DNA of 32,000 nt from Planctomycetales bacterium (lineage in GTDB: Bacteria; 4484-113; JAFGCY01), in NCBI GenBank assembly GCA_022646745.1, contig CP060262.1:960001-992000 (forward strand), in the 5' to 3' direction. This document shows, in pieces, positions 14,127 to 23,150 of the stretch. Below the pieces are notes generated by a model that made no database searches, was not told the DNA's origin, and saw only the letters and a program-made list of their open reading frames with translations. The position numbers were made by a program, and so were the translations under genes. How positions within the stretch are numbered: position 1 is the stretch's first letter; each line of letters opens with the position of its first letter.

Positions 14127-15693
14127 GCTGACACGGCCCGCGCCCTTCCCGGTCTATCCGGAGGACGGGCGCCGCGCCTGGCTGGAACGCGTCCGCAACC
14201 TGCTGGTGCTCATGCTGGTGATCGGCATCCTGGTGCCTTCCATCTCCCGTCCATTCACCCCGCTTGTCATTCCGGTGTACTACGACCGCGTCGACCTCGA
14301 GCAGCGCACACCGGTGGCAATCAACCTGGAACTGCCGAAGGGCAAGTATGAGGTCTCACCGGCCGGGCTGGGCTACTTCGATGACAACGGCCGCTTCATC
14401 TACACCGCCGACGTGTCACGCGGGCTGATCTACGGCCGCGGGCGCAAGGGCGTGATCGCGATCGAGCTCAGTGCCCCGCAGCGTGAGCCGGTCTACATGG
14501 AGGAGCGCATCGAGCGCATCCGCCAGCGGGTCGAGGACATCAACGACATCAAGAACCGCCTGCGCCTGCGCCGCATGAGCTTCGAGGAAGGCCGCAACAG
14601 CTTCGAGGAAGGCGTCGACGAGCTGTGGAATGCCAACGCCGGGGACAGCGGCCTGCCAAGCGTGGGCAGCCTCGGCAGTGCAATGGCGCAGCGCTATGCC
14701 GGCCATGAAATGGAAGCTGCGCGGGTGCTGAGTGACCGCAGCTACAACATCGCTGAGCTGAAGCAGCTCTGGTACGAGAGCCAGTTCGCCCGCCTCGACC
14801 TGCTGGTGGAGCAGTTCGACCTGCAGCTCGGCCTGGCCCAGCTGCCGCGCCAGCAGTTTGACGAGCTGGTCAGCCTCGGGGACGAGGGCCTGGTGCGCAA
14901 CACGATGCTCGGTGAGATCGAGCGCCTGCGCACGGCCTGGCTGGAGCGCAGCGCGATCCTCGACATCGAGATGGGGGAGGACAGCCGCCTGGCCACCAGC
15001 CTCGGCAGCAGCGTGGCGACGCTGGCCAGCCCCGGCAGCCTGACATCACCACTGCTGGAGGAGCCGAAACTGGCAACGGCGCCGGCTGACCCGGTGCTGC
15101 AGCAGAGCCTGGTGGAGACCCGCACCCGCGTTGCCAACGCGGAGAAGCAGATGATCAGCCGCGGGCTGGAGAAGCTTGACGATGCATCGCGCCACGTGCA
15201 GGCCGGCGTGCTGCCGAGCTGGACGCAGGTGCAGGAGATCGCGGTGGACCCGGTCAGGCTGGAGCTGCCGGCGATCGAGGAGCTGGACCTGTTCGCCCGC
15301 GTCGGGGACTCCAGCGTGGACCCGCAGCAGGCCCGCGACCTGCTGATCGAACTGAACCGCAGCTTCGAGGCGGACATCAACCGTGACCTCGGCGAATTCG
15401 AGATGAGCTGGGGTGGCGAGCGTGAGAACCGTGAGCTGACCAAGAACGAGCTGGCATACGGCCTGCTGGCGGTGGACAGCAGCACGCGCAGCGCGGCCGG
15501 GCCGGGGCAGCGCCGCAGCAGCGGGGTGATGCTGCCGCAGCTGCTGGAGGACATCCTCGCCAGCCCGCAGGGCTACGACGTGTCGCAGTACGAGCTTGGC
15601 TACCTGCGCTTCATGAAGTGGTATGCGGAGCTTGACCCGGATGACGACTACCGCCCGCTCGGCGCATCACCGCGCAGGAACTTCGGGAAGTAG
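14101..15693 (+). CDS. Hypothetical membrane-anchored, coiled-coil-rich protein
   Basis: 530-aa ORF with one N-terminal TM helix (LLVLMLVIGILVPSI) and a long E/R/L/Q-rich helical region. It overlaps the miaB 3' end by 26 nt. Confidence 0.7.
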   Translation: MKQYRPEFELTRPAPFPVYPEDGRRAWLERVRNLLVLMLVIGILVPSISRPFTPLVIPVYYDRVDLEQRTPVAINLELPKGKYEVSPAGLGYFDDNGRFIYTADVSRGLIYGRGRKGVIAIELSAPQREPVYMEERIERIRQRVEDINDIKNRLRLRRMSFEEGRNSFEEGVDELWNANAGDSGLPSVGSLGSAMAQRYAGHEMEAARVLSDRSYNIAELKQLWYESQFARLDLLVEQFDLQLGLAQLPRQQFDELVSLGDEGLVRNTMLGEIERLRTAWLERSAILDIEMGEDSRLATSLGSSVATLASPGSLTSPLLEEPKLATAPADPVLQQSLVETRTRVANAEKQMISRGLEKLDDASRHVQAGVLPSWTQVQEIAVDPVRLELPAIEELDLFARVGDSSVDPQQARDLLIELNRSFEADINRDLGEFEMSWGGERENRELTKNELAYGLLAVDSSTRSAAGPGQRRSSGVMLPQLLEDILASPQGYDVSQYELGYLRFMKWYAELDPDDDYRPLGASPRRNFGK

Positions 15694-15698
15694 GCAAT

Positions 15699-15851
15699 CC
15701 GGTTTCGGGTTGCCGGTTTCGGGTTTCGGCAAACTTCCTAAGCAAACATGAACAGCGCGATTTGATACGACATGACGCAAGCGACCAATTCTGTCCACTT
15801 TCCGCAAATCCTAAGAACTCCTCTGCCGAAACCGGAAACCCGATACCCGAT
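15699..15851. repeat. Inverted arrays of heptanucleotide repeats enclosing a 92-bp AT-richer core
   Basis: Left array: CCGGTTT CGGGTTG CCGGTTT CGGGTTT CGGCAAA (15699-15733). Right array: TGCCGAA ACCGGAA ACCCGAT ACCCGAT (15824-15851). Segment 15713-15731 pairs with 15824-15842 at 17 of 19 positions. Confidence 0.75.
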
Positions 15852-15860
15852 CACAGGATC

Positions 15861-16268
15861 CTAGTTGTCAGGCCCCGCGTCCCAGAAACCCTCGATCGGG
15901 GAGCCGTCCTCTGCCTGCAGCTCGAAGCTGCCAAGCATGTTGTTGCCTTCGGGCGTGCCGTCGAACTCACCGGTGAAGCCGGTCAGGTCGTCACTGATCC
16001 AGCCCTCGAGGCGCGTGCCGTCGAAGTAGCCGACGAGCTTCACATCGCGGTTGTTGAGCTTGCCGTCGCCCTCCATCGCGCCGGTGTCCTCGATATCCAT
16101 TTCGAAGGTACCGAGCACGAGCGTGCCGGTGTCATCGAGGAACTGGCCGATGTAGTCCCCCTGGCCGCTGCCGGCCGGGAGGGGCATGGCGACACTGCCG
16201 GGGCAGGCTGAAAGCAGCCCGGCGACCGCCAGAAGCAGGATGGTCAGCGAAATGCGCATCATTAGCAT
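15861..16268 (-). CDS. Small lipoprotein (hypothetical)
   Basis: Signal peptide with a canonical lipobox: (MLM)MRISLTILLLAVAGLLSAC. Alternative ATG starts lie at 16268, 16262 and 16259. The ORF-track GTG at 16301 adds an unlikely N-terminal extension. Confidence 0.7.
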   Translation of the reverse strand: MLMMRISLTILLLAVAGLLSACPGSVAMPLPAGSGQGDYIGQFLDDTGTLVLGTFEMDIEDTGAMEGDGKLNNRDVKLVGYFDGTRLEGWISDDLTGFTGEFDGTPEGNNMLGSFELQAEDGSPIEGFWDAGPDN

Positions 16269-16341
16269 TATATCCGCGCACCGCTTCAGTCTGTCACCCA
16301 CCCCTCCATGCGTGATTTTCCGGAATTTCCCACGAAATCAA

Positions 16342-16367
16342 AATATATCGGACTATCGCGATATATT
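16342..16367. promoter_or_regulatory. Putative ArsR-family operator overlapping the arsR-like promoter
   Basis: 9-bp inverted repeat AATATATCG (16342-16350) / CGATATATT (16359-16367) with an 8-bp spacer. It overlaps the -10-like TATATT at 16362-16367, which is 7 nt upstream of the ATG at 16375. Confidence 0.5.
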
Positions 16368-16374
16368 GATCTAT

Positions 16375-16692
16375 ATGAGTTCACGGATGGACACCAGGCT
16401 CAGTGATGACGCGCTGCTCAAGGCATCGGAGTGCCTGCGCGTGATCGGGCATCCCGCCCGGTTGCGCTTGATCAGCATGCTGGTTGAGGGGCGCTACAGC
16501 GTCGGCGAACTGGCCGATGCCTGCGGCATCCCGCCCAACCAGACCAGCGAGCACCTCAGGCTGATGCAGCGCTGCGGCTTCCTTGCGATGGAGCGCGAGG
16601 GACGCAGCTGCTACTACAGCATCGGGGACTGCACGCTGACCGACATCCTGGGCTGCATTGAACGGCGCTTCGGCGAGGCCACGGAGGGCTGA
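16375..16692 (+). CDS. ArsR/SmtB-family transcriptional regulator (BigR/CstR-analogous sulfide-stress repressor candidate)
   Basis: Winged-helix signature LRVIGHPARLRLISML...SVGELADACGIPPNQTSEHLRLMQRCGFL. Cys residues are present in both the N- and C-terminal parts. It lies immediately upstream of the persulfide dioxygenase-rhodanese gene. Confidence 0.8.
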   Translation: MSSRMDTRLSDDALLKASECLRVIGHPARLRLISMLVEGRYSVGELADACGIPPNQTSEHLRLMQRCGFLAMEREGRSCYYSIGDCTLTDILGCIERRFGEATEG

Positions 16693-16776
16693 CAGCCGGA
16701 CCGCGAATGACTCTTCAGGCGAGGCCATGGATGGCCGGATCGCCGCAGCGCACACTGTGCAGGGGGCAACACCAGC

Positions 16777-18162
16777 ATGATCATCGAACGACTGACAACA
16801 CCCGGACTGGCAATCCACAGCTACCTCGTCGGCTGCCCGGCGGCGGGCGAGGCGGTGGTGATCGACCCCACGCGCCATGTGGGCGGCCTGCTGGCTCTGG
16901 CCGAGCGCCACAGGCTGCGCATCACGCACAGCATTGACACGCATGTGCATGCGGACTTCCTGAGCGGCGGGCCGGAACTGAAGGCGATCCTCGGGGACTC
17001 ACTGACGATCCACAGCTCAGGGCTGGGCGGGGAGGAATGGACACAGGCCTTCGCCGACCGCGTGCTGGCGGATGGTGACAGCGTTCAGGTTGGCAGCATC
17101 CGGCTGGTGGCAAGGCATAGCCCCGGCCATACGCCAGAGCACATCGTGATCGAGCTCTACGACCTGCAGCGCAGCGCACATGACCCCTGGCTGCTGTTCA
17201 GCGGCGACCTGCTGTTCGTTGGCAGCGTCGGGCGGCCGGACCTGCTCGGAGAGCAGGCGCAAGCCGTGCTGGCAACGCAGCTGTACGACACGCTGTTCAA
17301 CCGGCTGGAGAGCCTGCCGGACTTCACGGAGATCATGCCGGCGCACGGTGCAGGATCACTGTGCGGCAAGGGCCTCGGTGGGCGCGACAGCTCGACCGTG
17401 GGCTACGAACGGCGCACCAACCCCTCACTGCAGCGCAGGCAGCGTGAGGCCTGGATCGCGGAGCTGATGCAGGGCATGCCGGCCGCGCCACCCTACTTTG
17501 CCGACATGAAGCGCATCAACCGCGAAGGCCCGGCCCTGCTCGGTGACCTGAACCGTCCGCTGCGCCGCCTCAGTGAGGATGAGCTGGCGGACCCGCAGCT
17601 GCAGGTGGTGGATGTACGCACTCCGGAGAAGTACATGGCCGGCCACCTGCCGGGCAGTTTCTCCCTGCCGGTGGACAGCGGGCAGGCCAACTGGGCCGGC
17701 TGGACGCTGGACCCGGGGCGGCCGATCGCGCTGCTGGCTGACAATGCGCATCCCAACCCGGCGGCACGCCGTGCGCTGGAGCTTGTGGGCTTTGACAACA
17801 TCTCAGGAGTGCTGGATGCCGATACACTGGCACACCGCATGCAGAGCGGGCGGCTGCTGACCAGTGGCGACGGCAGGCTGGTGGATGGCTCTGTGCAGGT
17901 GGTGGACGTGCGCAGCGCGGATGAGTTCAGTGCCGGGCACATTCCCGGGGCTGTCAACATCGAGACCGGCACCCTCGTCTCCGGCGGCTTCAGCCTGCTC
18001 GACCCGGAACGTACGCAGATCCTCGTCTGCGAAGGCGGGGTGCGGGCGGCGGTCGGAGCCTCGGCACTGGGCCGCAATGGATTTGGCAACTATGGCATGC
18101 TGGAAGGCGGCATGAAGGCCTGGCGCGCGACCCACAGTTCACTGCAGGCGGTTCACTCGTAG
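16777..18162 (+). CDS. Metallo-beta-lactamase-fold persulfide dioxygenase fused to two rhodanese domains (CstB-like)
   Basis: MBL metal motif DTHVHADFLSG. The first rhodanese domain has no active-site Cys. The second has the CEGGVRA (CxxxxR) loop. This three-domain order and the ~460-aa length match the S. aureus CstB architecture. Confidence 0.8.
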   Translation: MIIERLTTPGLAIHSYLVGCPAAGEAVVIDPTRHVGGLLALAERHRLRITHSIDTHVHADFLSGGPELKAILGDSLTIHSSGLGGEEWTQAFADRVLADGDSVQVGSIRLVARHSPGHTPEHIVIELYDLQRSAHDPWLLFSGDLLFVGSVGRPDLLGEQAQAVLATQLYDTLFNRLESLPDFTEIMPAHGAGSLCGKGLGGRDSSTVGYERRTNPSLQRRQREAWIAELMQGMPAAPPYFADMKRINREGPALLGDLNRPLRRLSEDELADPQLQVVDVRTPEKYMAGHLPGSFSLPVDSGQANWAGWTLDPGRPIALLADNAHPNPAARRALELVGFDNISGVLDADTLAHRMQSGRLLTSGDGRLVDGSVQVVDVRSADEFSAGHIPGAVNIETGTLVSGGFSLLDPERTQILVCEGGVRAAVGASALGRNGFGNYGMLEGGMKAWRATHSSLQAVHS

Positions 18163-19394
18163 CGCAGGCAGTCGATCGGCTTCAGCCGGGAGGCATACAG
18201 CGCCGGGTAGAGCCCGAACAGCAGGCCGGACAGCAGGCTGAAGAACACGGCCAGCAGGATCGTGCCCCATGTCAGGTGTGGCACCCAGTCCATGAATAAC
18301 AGGAAGGCGCGTGCGCTCCAGACGCCGAGCAGCACACCGAAGCCCGTGCCGAGGATGGTCTGCACCACCGCCTCCTCCACGAACTGGCGGTAGATGTCAC
18401 GCCGCCGGGCCCCGACCGCACGGCGCACACCGATCTCGCGGGTACGCCCCATCACCTGCATCAGCATCACGTTCATGATGCCGATGCCGGCCACGAGCAG
18501 CGCCACGCTGGAAATGCCGACCAGCAGAAACTCGAAGATGCCGGTGGTGGACGAGATGATGCCGGTCAGGTCCTCCACGCTGGCAACGGTGAAGTTGCTC
18601 GGCTCCTCGTCCTGCATGCCTGAGGCCGCGCGCAGCTCCTGTTCCAGTTCAGTCTTGACTTCCTCGAGGTCGGACTTGTCATTCACCCGCGCCAGCACGG
18701 TGTGCACGCCGGGGGTGTTGTACAGCTCCTGGCAGACCGTGAGCGGGATGAACACGCGGTGGTCCATGCGCTCGATGCCGACCAGCCCCTTCTGGATCAT
18801 CGTGCCGACGATCTCAAAGCGCTTGCCCTTCAGCACCAGCTGCTGGCCGAGCGGATCTCCGCCATCGGGGAACAGCTCCTCCACGAGGTCGTAGCCGATG
18901 GTGCAGACGAGTGCTTTGTCGTCCTCATCCTGCTGGGAAATGAAGCGCCCGCTGTCCACGCCATGGCCGCGGATGGTCGTGTAGTCCGGCTCCGCGCCTT
19001 CGATGGTGGTGTAGATGCGGTCGGCACCGACGCCGACATGCCCGCTCATCAGGAGCACCCCGGCGGCGAGGTCCACCTGCGGGTTGGCACGGGCCACCGC
19101 CGGATAGTCCGGCGGCAGGAAGGCCATCGCCTGGCTGCGCTGCGGGGCGTCCTCCTCTTCATTCTCAATGAAGCTGGTGATGAACAGGGTGTTGGCACCG
19201 ACATCGCGCAGGATGGCGAAGGTCTGGTACTTGGCGGTGTCCGTCACCCCGATCAGCGCGATGATGTTCGCGCAACCGATCGCCACGCCGAGCACCGCCA
19301 GCAGGCGGGTGGCGTCGAGCTGCCGCAGCAGGAAGTCCTTTACTGTTTGCAGGGCCGGCATCGGGGGTCTGATTCTATACCGCAGATCGGCCAC
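18153..19394 (-). CDS. ABC transporter permease, MacB/FtsX family
   Basis: Layout: N-terminal TM helix, large periplasmic domain, then a C-terminal FtsX 3-helix bundle (...ALLVAGIGIMNVMLMQVMGRTREIGVRRAVGARRRDI...). The start could also be the ATG at 19361. Confidence 0.8.
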   Translation of the reverse strand: MADLRYRIRPPMPALQTVKDFLLRQLDATRLLAVLGVAIGCANIIALIGVTDTAKYQTFAILRDVGANTLFITSFIENEEEDAPQRSQAMAFLPPDYPAVARANPQVDLAAGVLLMSGHVGVGADRIYTTIEGAEPDYTTIRGHGVDSGRFISQQDEDDKALVCTIGYDLVEELFPDGGDPLGQQLVLKGKRFEIVGTMIQKGLVGIERMDHRVFIPLTVCQELYNTPGVHTVLARVNDKSDLEEVKTELEQELRAASGMQDEEPSNFTVASVEDLTGIISSTTGIFEFLLVGISSVALLVAGIGIMNVMLMQVMGRTREIGVRRAVGARRRDIYRQFVEEAVVQTILGTGFGVLLGVWSARAFLLFMDWVPHLTWGTILLAVFFSLLSGLLFGLYPALYASRLKPIDCLRYE

Positions 19395-19409
19395 CGCTGT
19401 TGCAGTGGC

Positions 19410-22400
19410 TCAGGCCTGCCAGTCAAACGGGCCGACGATGCCCGCGCCATTGAAGCCGTACAGTGCCCACTGCACGCGATGGTCGGGCAGCATCGCCTGT
19501 GCCATGCGGCAGTACCAGCCAAGCTGCGCCGTGTGCCGCTCCAGCAGGAAGCGCCGGCCGGTGCGGTCGGTCTTGTAGTCCAGCACCAGCAAACGTCCCT
19601 CGCCGACGGCCAGCAGGTCGAGCGTGCCCTGCAGCACCAGCTGCTGGGCCTCGGCCGCCAGCCTGGCATCAATCCCCGCGGGCAGGGGATCCAGCGCCGT
19701 GGCCGGCAGGCTCATGCTGACCGGCAGCTCGCGGTGCAGCTCCATCCCATTGAGCAGGCCGCTGCGGGAGATGTCACGGCAGCAGCGCAACAGTGCATCT
19801 CGGTCGATCCGCTCTGCCAGCGATGGATCCAGCAGGCCTTCGGCCAGCAGGCGTTGCACCAGCTCCTCGAGGCCCTGTTCATCCGGCGGATGCAGCAGGT
19901 TCAGCTGGGCCATCATCAGGTGCATCGCGGTGCCGAACTGCATCGCACGCTCGCGGGCCAGTGGGTCAAACTGCGGAGCGGGCTGCTCGTCGGCCAGGTC
20001 GTCGGACGGCTCATCTGCACCGATTACTTCCGTGGCAGGCAGGGGTAGCTCGGCATCCGCATCCGCGTCCTCGGGCGGCTGCAGCAGGCGCTCCATCCCG
20101 GTCACGGTCAGCTTGCGCGGCAGGCCGGCCAGCCCGGCCAGCGGGTCCTGCCAGTTCACACGAGTGAGCGCGGCATCCAGCTCGGACTGGTCAACGAGGT
20201 CCTGCTCTTCCAGTACTACATCGTCATCCAGCGCCGGCAGGGCGTCGAGCATTTCCCAGCTGTTGCCTCCGCTGAACTGCTGTGGGTTTATCACTCCGGC
20301 CAGCTGCGGCGCAATCCAGTCCAGCGCGCAATTCGCCAGCGGACCGGGATGGCTGTCGCTCAGTTTGTCAGCGAAGTCAGACTTGACGGCGGCGACCAGC
20401 TCCAGCCGCTCACGGGCGCGGGTCAGGGCCACGTAGAGGATACGCAGTTCCTCGGCAGCCATCTGGCGGCGCAGGGCCTGGCCGACCACCCGGCGGCCGA
20501 TGGTGTCGGAGCGCAGCGGATTGTCACCACGCAGGCGCACATAGCGCCCGCCGATGCCGACGCCGCGCTCCCAGACCACGTCGTTGGCAAGGTCCATCAT
20601 GTTGAAGCGGCGGTGGATGTCCGGCAGGATGACAACCGGGAACTCCAGGCCCTTGGACTGGTGCACCGTCATCAGGCGCACCACGTCCTGCGCCTCACTC
20701 AGCAGCGGGGCCTCGCCGAGGTCGCCTGCGCTTCTGCGGCTGTGCTCAAGGAAGTGCAGGAAACGGGCCAGGCCCTGGCGTTCGTTCTGCTCGAAGCCGC
20801 GCGCCAGCTCGTGCAGCACGCCGAGGTTGGCAATCCGCTGGCTGCCACGCTCAAGCGCGGCGGCAGCCGGCAATAGTCCGGCTTCATGGTACAGCTGCCA
20901 GATCAGCTGGCCGAGCGGCTGGCTGCGGGCCACACTGCGCCATACATCCAGCCGTGACAGAAAGTCCCGCAGGGCATCCGCCACTGCATCATCCGGATTG
21001 GCAAGCAGCCAGCCATGCAGGCGGTCCCACAGGGGTGGGGCCTGGCGCTTCGGGTCATGCATCGCGATGCGCGCCAATTCGTTGATGTCGAGCCCGAGTG
21101 CCGGACCGGAGAGCACCGCTGCCAGCGGGATGTCCTGCAGCGGGTTGTCAATCACGCGCAGCAGGGCCAGCACATCGCTGACCTCCGGCCGCTCATAGAA
21201 GCCGCTGCGGCCCGGCGCATAGGCCGGCACCCCGGCCAGCTCCAGCTCTGACAGCAGGGTCTCACTGCGTCCGCTGGTGCTGCGCATCAGCACCACCATG
21301 TCGCGCCACTGCAGCGGTCTCTGTGTTCCGTCATGCGGGTCCGTGACCAGCTGGCCGGAGGCGTGGATCCCGCGCAGGATGCCGGCCACGCGGCGGTAGA
21401 CCAGGCGGTCCGTTGCCAGATCGGCATCCTCCTCGCCATCCTCGAGGTCGCTGTATACGAGATGCAGGCGCGGCTTCAGCTCACTGCCGGATTCGGGATA
21501 TGCCGCACCGTAGACCAGGCGGTTGGCGGAGTAGTCCTGCCCGCCGAAGTCCTCGGTCAGCAGGCCGCTGAACACGGCGTTCACGCCACGCACGATGCTT
21601 TCACGGCTGCGGAAGTTGCGGTTGAGCGTGATCGCCAGCCCGTCCGGCCGCCCGCTGCCCAGTTCCCGCAGGCGCTCGGTGAACAGGCCCGGCGTTGCCA
21701 GCCGGAAGGCGTAGATGCTCTGCTTGACATCGCCGACCACGAAGGCCGGCCGGCCCTCCTCGCCAACCGGCGATGGCGTGACCAGGCGCAGGATCGCATC
21801 CTGCAGCGGGTTGGTGTCCTGGTACTCGTCCACCATCACCATGCGCAGCTGGCTGCGCAGGTCCAGCGCACTGTCGGAGGGCAGCAGTTCGCCTTGGGAA
21901 TCGCGCTGCAGCAAGCCATCAGCATCGCGCAGGCAGAGGATGTCGAATGCGCTGTGCTCGAGGTCGGAGTAGTCCATCACCGCCCGTGAGCGCTTGTAGT
22001 CGTCATAGTGTTCCAGCAGGGCCAGCGTGGCTCGTTGCAGCACCTGCAGCAGGCCGCGAGCCGTGTTCTCGCGCATTGCCAGTTCGGCCCAGTCCTGCGA
22101 GAAGTAGTCGATCCATTCCTTCGCTGATTTGGCAACCGGCTCATTGCGGGCCCTGAGCCAGGCCTTCGTGAATTCATCTTCCTTGTCCAGGTCGCGCGCA
22201 TGCGATGTCAACAGGTCCGGCTTGTAGGCAATGTCATCCTGTTTCTCGCGCAGCTTTGCGAAGCGCTGTCCGACAGCCTCCCAGCCTTTCGCCAGTGACA
22301 GGCCGCTGAGCACTTCGCGGCGGCGCTGCAGGATGGACAGGAAGCCGCAGCCGCTGTATGAGGCGGACAGGCGCTCGGCGGTTTCAGCATCCTGGCGCAG

Positions 22401-23150
22401 CACTTCATCGGCCCATTCCCGCAGCATGCGCTCAAGGGAGCGGAGCAGCGGATGGGCGGGATCGAAGTTTTCCGGGTCCAGCTCAGTCAGGGCGCAGAGT
22501 TCGTCCCACCAGTGCTGCGGGTCCTCCAGTGAGCGCAGGAAGTCAGCCAGCCTCAGCACGCTGCGGCGCAGGCTGGAGCCACGTTCGCCACCGCTGATGT
22601 CCTCGCTGCCAACACCCTCGGTGCCACCCCAGGCCAGGGCCAGTTCGCGCATCTGCGCACCGAAGTCGTCATCCTGTGCCAGCAGGCTGTCCAGCAGTTC
22701 ACCCGCCAGCTCATGGCGCGCCAGTTTCGTCTCGTCCTCATTCATCAGGCGGCTTAGCGAACTGCCGGTGGCATGCCCGTAGCTGCGGATCAGAGTCGAG
22801 CAGAAGCTGTGGATCGTACTGATGCGGGCGGCTGGCAACAGTGCCAGCTGCGAGCGGATCTGCGCCGTGTCCTCACCGGCGGTACGCTTCCGCGCCAGTT
22901 CATCAGCCAGGGCGGCATGCAGGCGCGCCCTCAGTTCGGCTGCGGCGGCGCGAGTGAAGGTGACAATCAGCATCCGGTCGAGTGCGACCGGCTCCAGCGG
23001 CCCATCCGGACCCTGGCCAAGCGCTGCCCTGACAACGCGTTCGATCAGCACAGCCGTCTTGCCGGACCCGGCCGCGGCACCGACCGCCAGTTCGCGGTCG
23101 CGCACCGTGATCGCCTGCAGCTGGTCATCCGTCCATGAGCGCTCAGGCAT
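19410..23150 (-). CDS. addA: ATP-dependent helicase/nuclease subunit A (AddA/RexA, UvrD-like helicase plus RecB-type nuclease)
   Basis: WTDDQLQAI...AAAGSGKT Walker A, VDEYQDTNP (DExx box), and a C-terminal nuclease motif LDLL...LVLDYKTD. I prefer the ATG at 23150, which is preceded by GGGGAGGA plus 5 nt. The ORF track's TTG at 23171 is less likely. Confidence 0.9.
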   Translation of the reverse strand: MPERSWTDDQLQAITVRDRELAVGAAAGSGKTAVLIERVVRAALGQGPDGPLEPVALDRMLIVTFTRAAAAELRARLHAALADELARKRTAGEDTAQIRSQLALLPAARISTIHSFCSTLIRSYGHATGSSLSRLMNEDETKLARHELAGELLDSLLAQDDDFGAQMRELALAWGGTEGVGSEDISGGERGSSLRRSVLRLADFLRSLEDPQHWWDELCALTELDPENFDPAHPLLRSLERMLREWADEVLRQDAETAERLSASYSGCGFLSILQRRREVLSGLSLAKGWEAVGQRFAKLREKQDDIAYKPDLLTSHARDLDKEDEFTKAWLRARNEPVAKSAKEWIDYFSQDWAELAMRENTARGLLQVLQRATLALLEHYDDYKRSRAVMDYSDLEHSAFDILCLRDADGLLQRDSQGELLPSDSALDLRSQLRMVMVDEYQDTNPLQDAILRLVTPSPVGEEGRPAFVVGDVKQSIYAFRLATPGLFTERLRELGSGRPDGLAITLNRNFRSRESIVRGVNAVFSGLLTEDFGGQDYSANRLVYGAAYPESGSELKPRLHLVYSDLEDGEEDADLATDRLVYRRVAGILRGIHASGQLVTDPHDGTQRPLQWRDMVVLMRSTSGRSETLLSELELAGVPAYAPGRSGFYERPEVSDVLALLRVIDNPLQDIPLAAVLSGPALGLDINELARIAMHDPKRQAPPLWDRLHGWLLANPDDAVADALRDFLSRLDVWRSVARSQPLGQLIWQLYHEAGLLPAAAALERGSQRIANLGVLHELARGFEQNERQGLARFLHFLEHSRRSAGDLGEAPLLSEAQDVVRLMTVHQSKGLEFPVVILPDIHRRFNMMDLANDVVWERGVGIGGRYVRLRGDNPLRSDTIGRRVVGQALRRQMAAEELRILYVALTRARERLELVAAVKSDFADKLSDSHPGPLANCALDWIAPQLAGVINPQQFSGGNSWEMLDALPALDDDVVLEEQDLVDQSELDAALTRVNWQDPLAGLAGLPRKLTVTGMERLLQPPEDADADAELPLPATEVIGADEPSDDLADEQPAPQFDPLARERAMQFGTAMHLMMAQLNLLHPPDEQGLEELVQRLLAEGLLDPSLAERIDRDALLRCCRDISRSGLLNGMELHRELPVSMSLPATALDPLPAGIDARLAAEAQQLVLQGTLDLLAVGEGRLLVLDYKTDRTGRRFLLERHTAQLGWYCRMAQAMLPDHRVQWALYGFNGAGIVGPFDWQA

